Source: Amphiscolops sp. MND2022 (lineage: Eukaryota). Taken from it: DNA of 64,000 nucleotides. Below the pieces are notes generated by a model. That model worked only from the letters and a program-made list of their open reading frames with translations, ran no database searches and was not told the origin of the DNA. The number at the start of each line of letters is the position of its first letter. The first letter of the stretch is position 1. Position numbers and translations under genes: made by a program. Location: NCBI GenBank assembly GCA_964187785.1, contig OZ076411.1:42284001-42348000 (forward strand). Direction: 5' to 3'. Of this stretch, positions 39,176 through 50,516 are shown in pieces.

Positions 39176-42100
39176 ATGTCATCAAATCAAACACACTGTA
39201 GCATTTGTCATACCCACCTACGGAATCGAGGAGTGTGGTGCGCCGTATGCGGTTACGTTCACACTAAATGCAGTGGTCTTTCCGCGACAAAAAACTGGTC
39301 GAAAGATTTTGTTTGCGTTCGCTGCTCTGGACCCGAAGCATCGCCCACAGCTGAACCATCTGTCGTAAACATACAGAGCCAAGCCAACGACCCGGAGCTC
39401 GATATTGGGATCACTCCGGGGGATCAACAACTCCTCAGAAGTCAACTAGATGGAGAGCCAACTGCTGATAGCTTCTGGACAAACATCACTCCAGAGAAAG
39501 TCTCCCAAATTCGTTATTTTTACAACCAAGTAGTCCACTGGAAACCGCAATTCATCACTTTACCCAAAAACAAAACAGGACACAAGTTTATAGAAACAAT
39601 GAACTGCCTTATGACACCACTTGCAGAGAACAGTAGCAAAGCAAACATAGCTCTCTATGCAGCAATGCTTTTCCCCCACCTAATATTAGCGAGAACCAGC
39701 AGTGAGCCCGACACGTCTCGAAACCAAGTTACCACAAGGAGACTTAGAATGTGGCTGACGGGTGAAATCGAAGAACAATTTCACGAGGCAGAAGCATTAC
39801 AAAAAAGGTCAACAAAACAGAAGTCGAGTAGAAAGAAGGATGAACTCAGAGAATTTGATGCACACATGTCCGCGGGAAAAATTTCGAATGCTCTGAGATG
39901 TATCAACGACTGTGAGAAAGGCGGCGTTCTCTCACTGACAGAGAAAATCGATAACAAAGCTGTCCTCGACATCTTGAAAGAGAAACATCCCCCCGCCAGT
40001 CGTTGCGATGACCGTTATATAGTAGAAAAACCGTCAAACGTCACACCCTACCACCCTGTTATTTTCGACAAAATCCAAGGCAGGATTGTTCGTAATGCCG
40101 CGATGAAGACGCACGGAAGCCACGGACCCTCCGGCGTGGACGCCAACGAATGGCGGCGCTGGCTTTCCAATTTCAACCAATCGTCGACATCACTATGCCG
40201 CACAGTCGCGCGCATCGCGATAAGAATCGCCACTGAAGAAATCGATAGTGAATTCCTAGAGCCTTACAACGCCTGTCGCTTGATTCCACTAGACAAAAAC
40301 CCAGGCGTAAGACCCATCGGTGTTGGAGAAGTTCTGAGACGTATCATAGGTCGAAGCATACTCCGATGCATACAGAATGACCTGAAGCTCCTCGGCACAA
40401 ACCAGCAACTACGCCTCGGTCAAAAATGTGGAATCGAACACGCCATACACAGTCTCCGGAACGAGTTCGAGAAAGCAGAAGTTGAAGGCATTCTGCTCAT
40501 TGACGCAAAGAACGCTTTTAACAGTCTGAATCGAGATCTAGCGCTGCGAAACATTGAAAAAATGTGCCCATCAATCGTCACGGCACTAAAAAATTCTTAC
40601 AAGTCACCAACTAGTTTATTCGTCAATGGAAAAATACTGCAATCCCAAGAGGGCACAACCCAGGGAGACCCTCTTGCCATGGCAATGTACGGGATAGCTA
40701 TTTTGCCATTGATTGAACTTGTGCAAAATCCAAAAGTCACTCAAAAATGGTATGCCGACGACGGTAATGTTTCCGGTAGCCTGGACGACCTGAAAGTCGT
40801 ACATGATAAGCTGAAACAACACGGCTCGGCGTTCGGATACACACTAACTAAATGCAACATCATTACCAAAACTGAGAATATCAATCAAGCTGAAAAACTG
40901 TTTAACAGCAGCGAAATTGAGATTGTCAAAGGACACCGTGTCCTCGGCTCGGTAATCGGTTCAGAATCATCGTGCAATGAGTACAAACGTCAGAAACAAA
41001 ACGAGTACATTGGAGTTGTCGAAAAGCTATCAAAACACGCTAAAACATCGCCACAAAACGCGTACCACTGTTTCGCTAAAGGACTTCAGAACAAGTTAAC
41101 ATTCTTATCCCGTACTACACCTGCAATCTTAGAAAATCTTCAAGAAACCGAAAAACTTATTAAGAACAAATTGATACCGGCTTTGACAGGCAAGCAAGAA
41201 GTTTCCGAAGACGACCGCCTCCTGTTTTCTCTACCCGTAAGGGACGGAGGTCTAAACATAAGTCTACCCGACGACCGACAGCAAGAAATCAACTGGTCCA
41301 GAGAAATGTCGTCATGTTTAGAAAATGATGATGCGGAACTGCAACAGACTGTTGTGATAAAACAGATTCGAAAAGAGAAATCTTCAAAAATCAAGGAAAA
41401 AATGGCTTTTTTGAAGGACAGACTTCACGAAAACCAACGATACGCTTTAGATCTTGCCGCTGAAAAAGGCGCCTCGAGTTGGCTGAACACGCTGCCACTG
41501 AAGCGTTATCACTTCGACCTGACAAAAACTGAGTTCCGCGACGGTTTAGCCCTGCGCTATGGCTGGGAACCACTGAAAATACCGGCAATATGTCCATGTG
41601 GAGACACCTTTAGCCTGTCGCATTCCCTCCAATGCAACAAAGGTGGTTACACACAAATGCGACATGACGAAATTCGAGACACTTTCGCCGCCATCATGAA
41701 GGATGTCTGTTTTGATGTCGAAATCGAGCCGAAGCTTCAGCCGTTAGAAGGCGAGTCCTTCGTTCATAAAACCACGACAACTGAAGACGAAGCAAGACTA
41801 GACATTAAAGCCAATGGACTCTGGGATTCACGTTTTTGCCGAACTTTCTTCGACGTAAAAATTTTTAACCCACTAGCCAAATCATGCCCGAAAGATATCA
41901 ACGAGGCATACAAGTTCCACGAAACACAGAAGAAGCTCAAATATGAGTCGCGAATAATCAACGTTGAAAAGAGCACTTTCAACCCGCTCGTATTTGCCTG
42001 CACTGGCGGAGCTGGACCATCAGCCACGAAAGTCATAACCAGACTTGCGTCAAAGGTCAATGAAAAAAGCACCGAAAGTTACTCTGAAGCCATTAGCTAT

Positions 42101-42232
42101 ATCCGAACCAAAATAAGCTTCGCCCTACTCCGCAGCTGCGTCCTCTGTCTAAGGGGCTGTAGGTCGACTCGCTGTCAACCAGCCATGGAGTCTTCGATTA
42201 GCGCTGTTGTCCACGAGGGAGGGCTGTCATGA
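39176..42232 (+). CDS. Retrotransposon ORF2: PHD finger + reverse transcriptase + CCHC knuckle + restriction-like endonuclease (1018 aa)
   Basis: N-terminal C4HC3 (CSIC...CAVC...HTKC...CVRC). RT motifs RPIGVGE, IDAKNAFNS, QGDPL and WYADD. C-terminal CPCG...H...C, RHDEIRD, RLDI and FFDVK. Confidence 0.93.
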   Translation: MSSNQTHCSICHTHLRNRGVWCAVCGYVHTKCSGLSATKNWSKDFVCVRCSGPEASPTAEPSVVNIQSQANDPELDIGITPGDQQLLRSQLDGEPTADSFWTNITPEKVSQIRYFYNQVVHWKPQFITLPKNKTGHKFIETMNCLMTPLAENSSKANIALYAAMLFPHLILARTSSEPDTSRNQVTTRRLRMWLTGEIEEQFHEAEALQKRSTKQKSSRKKDELREFDAHMSAGKISNALRCINDCEKGGVLSLTEKIDNKAVLDILKEKHPPASRCDDRYIVEKPSNVTPYHPVIFDKIQGRIVRNAAMKTHGSHGPSGVDANEWRRWLSNFNQSSTSLCRTVARIAIRIATEEIDSEFLEPYNACRLIPLDKNPGVRPIGVGEVLRRIIGRSILRCIQNDLKLLGTNQQLRLGQKCGIEHAIHSLRNEFEKAEVEGILLIDAKNAFNSLNRDLALRNIEKMCPSIVTALKNSYKSPTSLFVNGKILQSQEGTTQGDPLAMAMYGIAILPLIELVQNPKVTQKWYADDGNVSGSLDDLKVVHDKLKQHGSAFGYTLTKCNIITKTENINQAEKLFNSSEIEIVKGHRVLGSVIGSESSCNEYKRQKQNEYIGVVEKLSKHAKTSPQNAYHCFAKGLQNKLTFLSRTTPAILENLQETEKLIKNKLIPALTGKQEVSEDDRLLFSLPVRDGGLNISLPDDRQQEINWSREMSSCLENDDAELQQTVVIKQIRKEKSSKIKEKMAFLKDRLHENQRYALDLAAEKGASSWLNTLPLKRYHFDLTKTEFRDGLALRYGWEPLKIPAICPCGDTFSLSHSLQCNKGGYTQMRHDEIRDTFAAIMKDVCFDVEIEPKLQPLEGESFVHKTTTTEDEARLDIKANGLWDSRFCRTFFDVKIFNPLAKSCPKDINEAYKFHETQKKLKYESRIINVEKSTFNPLVFACTGGAGPSATKVITRLASKVNEKSTESYSEAISYIRTKISFALLRSCVLCLRGCRSTRCQPAMESSISAVVHEGGLS

Positions 42233-42926
42233 ACTTTGACAATCCTTCGGGTGCGAATAACCTTAGAATCAACACTTTTTGTTTTCTTTGGACATTCAAT
42301 AAAATTGAGATACGATGACCTATTTTATAAATCATCCTCCACTTGCCGATGTTTTCAGAATTTGTTTTTATGGGACCGTTACTGACACTGTAAGGAGGCT
42401 CTGCAGCTTGCAGCGTTTTGACACCTGTTCTTCTTTGCTTTTTCTTTCAATTTTTCTTTACGGACACGCCCCCTTTGTACTATGGGCACAAACAAGCTTT
42501 TAAAAACTAACTTGTGGTTTCAATGAAAGATATTGTGACTATATCAGAAGAATAGTTCGAGTTTTTACAATAGAATTTTCAATATTTTCTTGAAAGAATA
42601 CAGGTTAGAAAAGAGTCAAAGCCTAGAAAATAACTTCAGCATAAACTCTGAAACCTTGCTAAAATTAGAAGGCGGATAGTAAAAAAAAACTTGTAATTTC
42701 GAAGCAAGCAAGAGGAAAGAGTATTATGATAAATTTTTAGCAACATACATTGGATAGATTTTGTAAGCGAAAAGCACCTTGAAATGGATAGATCAACACC
42801 ACAACACACAAAGGTTCACAGAAAAAGAATAAGTTCATCGTTCGAAAAACCCAGATTGCACTGTCAATTTGCAATTCATCAGCAAGATAAGGCCATGTTT
42901 CTTGAGTTTCATCAGCGTTTAGCCAC

Positions 42927-43439
42927 CTAATTTGTGGCATTGGATTCAGCATCACCATGATTCTTGTGACCATTTTTTGGCTTGGGTGGAATGATTGTAA
43001 CCGGCAAATGAACATGATGCAGCACAAAATCACTGATACTGCCCAGAAACGTTCTTCTCAATACCCCCATGCCTCGGTTGCCCATGATAATGTAGTCAAT
43101 ATCTTTTTCCTTGGAAACATGGCATATGGCCTCGCCGGCATGTGCGAAATGACTGCTTGAAACAAACTCACCTTTGATCTTGGAGCTGGCCAAGATAGTT
43201 TCGAATTTCTTTTTCAGGTCATGGACTTCTTTTTCCTTTTCTTTCAACACAGCTTCAATGCTCGATAAAGGGAGAGGTCCCGCCGAGTAAGCTGGAAAGA
43301 CTCCGGCCGTCTCTACCACGTGGAAAAGGGTAAGATGATCTCCAGCCATCATTCCATACTTTAGAAACCAATGCACGGCTCTCTCTGAATGCTCGCTTTG
43401 ATCAACAGGAATCAAAACTTTTCGTGTCACAGCAGTCAT
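42927..43439 (-). CDS. Universal stress protein (UspA-like domain), intronless, 170 aa
   Basis: KVLIPVDQSEHSERA...LFHV...GEAIC...DYIIMGNRGMGVLRRTFLGSISDFVLHH, including the G-xx-G-x9-GS ATP-binding motif. Confidence 0.92.
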   Translation of the reverse strand: MTAVTRKVLIPVDQSEHSERAVHWFLKYGMMAGDHLTLFHVVETAGVFPAYSAGPLPLSSIEAVLKEKEKEVHDLKKKFETILASSKIKGEFVSSSHFAHAGEAICHVSKEKDIDYIIMGNRGMGVLRRTFLGSISDFVLHHVHLPVTIIPPKPKNGHKNHGDAESNATN

Positions 43440-45174
43440 GTTCAGAAGACAGAGTAAACAAGTAAGAAACAGAAGTTGCTAAAAAACTTTCAACTTTCCA
43501 CAATACTTTTCTCTTCAGTGAAAGCAACAAGTCCGGGAAACACAAAACAATCTGAAGCACAATTGAAATCAGTATTTTCAATTCTGAGCAATTTTGAAGT
43601 TTCAACTTTTGTCCAATATATTCAGGGGTTAACAAAGTACTTCTACAGAGGCGGAATTTTAACAACAAACCAAATATTCAAAGCTTGTTCTGCAATTAAG
43701 ATGGATCATAATTAAATAGCAGTTTTTCTGAGCTTGAGTCTGAAAAAAGTCAAGATTTTTCAAACACCATTGATTACTTTTTTGGAATTGAATGAAAATG
43801 GGTGTTTTATTCGGTATTTTATCAAAAAAAAATTTGTTAAAAAATGTTCAATTGAATTATCCAATCCAATGATTTGCGATTTATCAGTTATCAACCTTTT
43901 TCAAAGGCAAATTTAAAGCACTTTGATAAATATACATATTTCTACGGCCCTGAGCGTTTTGTTTTCTACATGGTTTTTCTAACAGAGAAGAGAAACAAGT
44001 CGCCCGAAATTGGCGCCCCAGTCGCGTCGTAATAAATGCTAAATGTTGAAAATATCTAATATGGTTCCTTGGCTTTTTCAGACAAAAGATTAATGAATCT
44101 CAGTTCCAGAAATATTGTTTCACACCACTGCTGATTACATCAAATCCTTCGTCATCCAATAAATGGATCTATTAGAAATTTCAAATTCCAGACTTTTACA
44201 AAAATCCAATAATTTCCAACTGAACATCTGAAAGAATCAACAGTTTTATTGGAGCGCGCACATTAAGCCGACAAACCGACAACCGAATAGTCAACAAGAC
44301 GCCCGCTAAGCACCGGGATATTTTCCTCCCTTTTCGCCTTCATCACTTGAGCCATAGCTATTTTGGGAGGGGAATAGGATCTAAATAATAAGATCTAAAA
44401 CTTAGTGATTTTAGATCTTATTCCCTTTAGATCTTATTCCCGTCCTGAAATTTTAGATCTTATTCCCTTTGGATCTTAATCCCATTTTCCCAAATTCCCA
44501 CTTAATAATCTTGTGGGTCTTAATTCCCACTAGAGTTACTTGACTCACCACCTACAGTGGTGAGTCAAGTGATGGAGCGTGGAGATTTGGCAGAATTTGG
44601 AAAAAAAACGCAACACAGATGATGATTTTTCTCCCCATTGAAAATGTGGGTCGGAAAATAAAAAGCCAATGCGAATTATCTGATTTGTTGAAAAAGGTTC
44701 GTTCAAAGCCACTGGTTTCAATAGTAGCCAACAAAACATCAAAACAATAACTCTTGTCCGCTTCAATTGTACGTCGGCGTTATGATTCAGGGTCATTACA
44801 CATTTTACGTGAACCTTCATTTAACCCTTTTGTTTCATTCAACTTTCCACGGCAAACCTATTTCGAAACACGACATGCAATATTTCGTCAAGTAATATCC
44901 AGGACAATCCTAAAAACTCGACTGATTGTAGCAAGTACGACAGTAAATCGAATTGGGTGACCGCTTCTGACATGTTTTCATCTGATTCGACAAAATGAAT
45001 TACATAGAATATGCAATCTAAAATCAAGGAACTTTAAAATCGAATAATTACAAACAAAATCATAGTTTACAAAGAAAGTCAAGAGCTTTCATCTAAAAAC
45101 GACAAAACTAATTATTCTGAGGAAACAATTGGTCAACAAAGGTCTCAATATTCAAGAGAACACCAGGAGATATA

Positions 45175-46827
45175 TTAATCTAACAGCATCAAGAGATCAC
45201 TCAGACTATCATCTTGAGTTTCAGTTTCCTGGCTGCAAACTTCCATTCGCTGCACTTCTAGATTTTGCTGTGTGTGAACTACGCAATTCATCTTCCATTT
45301 AAAAGCAATTATATCGCCCCACAAAGACAGCAAACCACATTTGGGGCATACAACTTCAACTGGGACAAGAGATTTTGAAGATCCAGTCGCAATACTTCGC
45401 TCCGCCCAACAAGACAAATGACATTTCAACGAACACGCAGCACCAAGGTTAACACAAAACGCGAAGTCTTCCTTTTCATTTTTCAGATCCTTCTCACAGA
45501 AAAAACAAACAGATGCAGAACATAACAAATCCTTGTTTGTCAGGGTTGGTTTCTTCGTGCTCTTGTTGAACTGCTTCTTATTGTCGAATGGCCCTGAATA
45601 TAATATTTCATTGAGAACACTCCATTCTTGCCGGTAAACCTTGAAAATTTAAAGGAAAATGCGTTTTTTCGAACCTACGCCTCCTTCTCGGTAAAACGCA
45701 AATTACTTCGGATATAACATCAAAAGTTCGGATGTAGCGTGCTGTGCTGGGACAAATGGGAGCTCTTGTTTTCGAACCTACGCCTCCTCCTCAGTAAAAC
45801 GCAAATTACTTCGGATATAACGTCAAAAGTTCGGATGTAGCGTGCTGTGCTGGGACAAATGGGAGCTCTTGTTTTCGAACCTACGCCTCCTCCTCAGTAA
45901 AACGCAAATTACTTCGGATATAACGTCAAAAGTTCGGATGTAGCGTGTTGTGCTGGGACAAATGGGAGCTCTTGTTTTCGAACCTACGCCTCCTCCTCAG
46001 TAAAACGCAAATTACTTCGGATATAACGTCAAAAGTTCGGATGTAGCGTGCTGTGCTGGGACAAATGGGAGCTCTTGTTTTCGAACCTACGCCTCCTCCC
46101 TATTAAAACGCAAATTACTTCGGATATAACGTCAAAAGTTCGGATGTAGCGTGCTGAGACACTTTGCACTTAGATGCGTTTCCGATGCATTCGTTTAATT
46201 GTACAAACTGAACAAAAATTTCGTCGCATTCGAGTGTTTTAAAGGAAAACAAAAAAAACAGTGACTTAATAGTCGGGCTCGTTCATTGTATAGAAGCGCC
46301 GACTAAAAAGGCTAACCTCTGACGAAAACTACATGGCGCGGCACAGATTCACCAAGGGGTTTCTCATACTTTGGATGAATCCATCGAACAGTTAGAGGAA
46401 GAACATCCCATGGTCCCGCTCCAAGCATTATCCCCAACAATGAAATTTTGTACTGAAGTGTATCTTGTTTTCTGGGACTTTTGATGAGAACTGAATCACA
46501 ACCCATCATCTTCAGTTTCTTGGACAGAGTGGGATGCTGCCACGCCCATTCGAACTGCAGTGCTGCTATGTTGCTCATAAAGCCGTACACAATCAGAATC
46601 ATATCCCAGGGTCCCTTGTCACTTGTCTTTTTGGCACCACCCTTCTCACGGCCTAAGTTGTGCTGTTTTATCCGTCGCAGGGGATTTACGGTGTAGCCGA
46701 CGTACGTTTTTCTTCCATTGAACAATAAGTAGCATCCATGAAAGTTGTCTGGGTCGATATCTGACATGCGACACCTGATGGTGACATCGAAAATGTTATC
46801 AATTTCAACAAAATGTGACATTATCAT
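45175..46827 (-). CDS. SLX1: Structure-specific endonuclease catalytic subunit SLX1 (GIY-YIG + C-terminal RING/PHD-like), 2 exons, about 309 aa
   Basis: Exon 46827-46317 has GCYLL...TYVGYTVNPLRRIKQHN...ALQFEWAWQHP. A phase-1 GT-AG intron leads to exon 45593-45175 with CFFC...CHLSC...CPKC..LWGDII. The join reads VFVRG|PFD. Confidence 0.9.
45665..46155. repeat. 103-bp minisatellite, about 4.8 copies, in the SLX1 intron
   Basis: The unit anchor gttttcgaacctacgcc occurs at 45768, 45871, 45974 and 46077; copies are near-identical. Confidence 0.95.
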
Positions 46828-47471
46828 ATTGTTATTATTCTACGACGCAGAGCTTTGACAATCTTTTTAACACAGTGGTACTTGTGTAACGTTATAATTA
46901 TAAGGCCCGCTTAAGGCTCCAAAATTGCTTAAGTCTTTCGTAGGTGCTTCGTTTTTTGTTTCATAGGTGATGTAAAAATGAAGAAAATTCAAAGAAAGGA
47001 GCCTTTCCCCTCTGTTAAAGTACAGTTTTGTTCTTAGGTCAAAGCCTATCGGTTTCGTCACATTCGTGTGTCTCATGATGATGAGTTATGTGCGGTTTTG
47101 TCTTATTCAATGATGTATGGCTTATATTTTACATCATCAGTTGCCTGTAAATCCATGATATTAATTATAATAAAGAAAGTAACTAATAGGCTGGCAAACT
47201 GAAAATGCCGGCTTAAAGCATAATTGAGAAGAAGTTTTCCGACAGCGAACCGGCTACAGGAGTCTTGTCAGTACCAGTATAACCAATCAGCATGTTATCA
47301 GAACGCCTGAGAACTTTTTTGTTGGAATAGAGATGGACTAAAATCGTCTAAAATTTTCGAAAAAATTCATATTTTACACGAAATTCACGAAATCATGATC
47401 TTCAAAAAAGACTCTTTATCACTCCGCTTAATTTTTAGGCTCTTTTCCGGATACCACACATTTAGCAAGAA

Positions 47472-49407
47472 AAACAACCCGGGAACGGCCCAAGTGGGCG
47501 CCATATCTAAGGCTCAAAAATAGCAAAAGGACTTCAAAATGTCCAAGTATTGGTTAATTGGGGACCCTCTCATGAAATAAAAAATTTGAAAAAGTCTCAC
47601 AATGCCGAAAAAAACTGAAAGAAGGACCCTTTGGGATTTTTCAACATCCATTCTGTCGGAAAATATCAAAAAATTGAAGGGGGACCTTTTGGTGAAAAAA
47701 ATTGAAAAAAGTCGCATAATGCCGAAAACTGAAAGGGGGCCCGGTATTGTATGTTACGCTGAAAAAAGAAACAACTTTTATATTTCAGTTCCTTGTGCCA
47801 AATGGTCCAATTTGACACCTTAAAGTTTCGTAGAACTTTGTAGAACTATTTTGGTCAGTTCGTGTGGATTGAAAAAAAGTCTCACAGAGCCGAAAATACT
47901 CTAAGGGAGTAACCTTTGGCCCCGTTGATATTCTTAGATGTAACAAGCAGGGACCGGCCCAAGTCGGCGCCATATCCAAGGCTCAAAAATAGCAAAAAGA
48001 CTTCCAAGTGTCAAGTATTCTCTTTTACAGTACTCGAAAATCGAAAATTTTACAAGAAAAGGGCGCGCTGAAAGGGGGACACTTCCGAAATTGTCAACAT
48101 TTTTGTCGCAAAACATCAAAAAATTGAAGGGGGAAAATTTTTATTTTCGGAAAAAAATCTCACAGTGCCGAAAAAAACTGAAAGGGGGGACCCTTTGGGA
48201 TTTTCCAACATCCATTCTGTCGCAAAACAGCAAAAAAATTGAAGGGGGACCCCTTGGGAAAATTTTTCCGGAAAAGTATCGCAGTGCCAAAAAAAATTGG
48301 AAGGGGGGACCCTTTGGTCTCCCCGGGTATGGTATGGTACGCGGGAAAACAGGAAAAACCTTTTTCATTCAGTTCGCTAGACCAAATAGTGCAATTTGGT
48401 GCAATAATAATTTGTAGAACTTTTTAGAACTATTTTGGTCAGTTCGTGTGGATAGAAAAACAAGAGTCACTATAATAGTCGCGTTTCACTCCATGAAGCG
48501 CCGATTAAAAATACTACTTCGTAAGGTAAGGAAGAATTGTAAAAAATTTAAAGATTGTAAGAATTGTAAGAAAAGTGGACCATTCAGAGTGAGATTGTAA
48601 GCTGAAAACAAGACGGGAACGTCCCAAGTCGGCGCCATATCTAAGGCTCAAAAATATTCAAGGAACAACTATTGGAAACATTTGGAAAATTTTTTTTTCA
48701 AAAAAAGTATTTGGTTAAAAAAAGTCGCACAATTCCAAAAAACCCCAAAAGAGGTCATTTAGTCTCATTAAACGTTTTTTAGAAACCTAAAACTTCAAAA
48801 AATGCAAGGTACCCTTTGATAAAAATCGAAAATTTTCGAAAAAAAAGTCGCAAAGTGTCGAAAAAAACCCAAAGGGGGACCCTTTGGTCTCACTTGTACT
48901 TTTGGAAGCAAAAACAATTTATGGTTTGGTGCGAGAATCGAACCCACGCTCTCCGGGTTCAGAAAATTGGTCGAAGTTGAACAAATTGTAACACAGAGGC
49001 GAAGCGGTGCTTCGCAACACATGACGAAGACAACGATTATTTTAATATGCGTATATATATTATTTTAATCGCATGCGTATATATTCAACAGTTCAACTTT
49101 ATTCAATAACGTCCTTATGGCACAGTGGTTAACACTTATGCCGTGCAATCGGGAGGCTGCAGGTTCGAATCTCTCTGGGGTTTTGGCTTTTCTCTAAAAG
49201 GCGCTTATTATGAAGTTGGCTATTGTGGAAAAAAAAACTTTCTTAGCTGGACTGCAATGCACATTGACTTCGTCATGTGCAAAAAGTGGACCACTCAGAG
49301 TGAGATTGTAAAAAGTGGACCACTCAGAGTGAGATTGTCAACTGAAAAAAACTACTCACTGTAATAGTCGGGCTTTTTTCCATAAGGGAAAAGGCGCCGA
49401 CTAAAAA
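47472..49407 (+). mobile_element. Cluster of HINE-like elements (starts at about 47472, 47941 and 48605), with a tRNA-like SINE head at about 49113-49170
   Basis: Repeated aacaag...aagtcggcgccatat 5' ends. 3' hairpins end gcgccgattaaaaa (48510) and gcgccgactaaaaa (49407). Confidence 0.65.
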
Positions 49408-50516
49408 CGCTCCGCATAACAATACAACCCCAATATTACCATCGGTCGAACAAAAATCATTTTCTATGCATTGGAAAATGCTTATTTGTTCATTAAGTCA
49501 TGAAAAAACTAGTTTAATACTTGAAATAACTAAACGAATACCTCCAAAATCTTATTTAGAAAATAGGCCCCTCCGGGGCACACTGTCATTTCTGCTTTAA
49601 TATTTCATTAATAATAGAATCATATCTGGAATACCAATACACTCCTGTTTAATCAATATTTAGCGCACAATTGATCACTGTACGAGTTTATACCGCCTTT
49701 GAATCTCGGACTAAAGCAAATATAACTACTAAGCGTAGACGACGATTCGCATTCGCACTTGAATGAAGGCGAAGCAAGCTCTCGACGAACGAATAATTAA
49801 CACTCAATCGCTTCATCTCAATAACTCGGCGTACGAAAGCATAAATACCACTCGCTCGCTCCATCGCACGAGAATTGAATTGTCATCGGGAGCTTGAGAA
49901 GTTTAATTCTCACGCTTATAGTCACTTCCGAAGAAAATATCGGAATTTTTCAGTATCACGACAAGAATTCTATTGACAAAATTTAGAATTCTAGAGATTT
50001 CAAAAATATTCCTGCTATCGCAAAAAAATTAAAAATTAGTGGAAACTTTAGGACCAACGGCTAGACACCAAACTAGACACCTTTATATTTGAATTTATAC
50101 CGAACAACAAAAGTAAGGTACCACATAATAAAATAGGCTCCTGTGGGGCACAGTATTATTTCTGCTTTTTAGGCTTTCATATTCAATAATTGAAGCATAT
50201 CTTCTATAACTCTTCTAAAACTCGTGAAAGTATAGAAACTTTATATGACTTTATATGAGTTATTCGAAATTTTAATTCAACTCAAAACCTATTACAACTT
50301 GATCAACTAACAGTGGGACTAGTACCTCGATTTTAAGTCCAACATAAAACAACATGCGCCGTCAATATTAATTTCATAGACTATAAAACTAACAATTTCA
50401 TTTCCATTCATACTCGTCAACCAGCAAACATGATTGCAAAAAATGAAAAAGCTCTTGCTGCAAGCCCTGAGATGGAATCAAAATCAGTCTTGTGCAGATC
50501 TCTGGTTCAAAAAAGT

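Larger units (their letters stand above)
38290..42305 (+). mobile_element. Non-LTR retrotransposon, CRE-like (restriction-like endonuclease type), near full length
   Basis: Sequence becomes GC-richer at about 38290. ORF1 (SGNH) and ORF2 (RT) follow, then a 3' UTR with aataaa at about 42298. Ends are approximate and no TSD was found. Confidence 0.8.
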
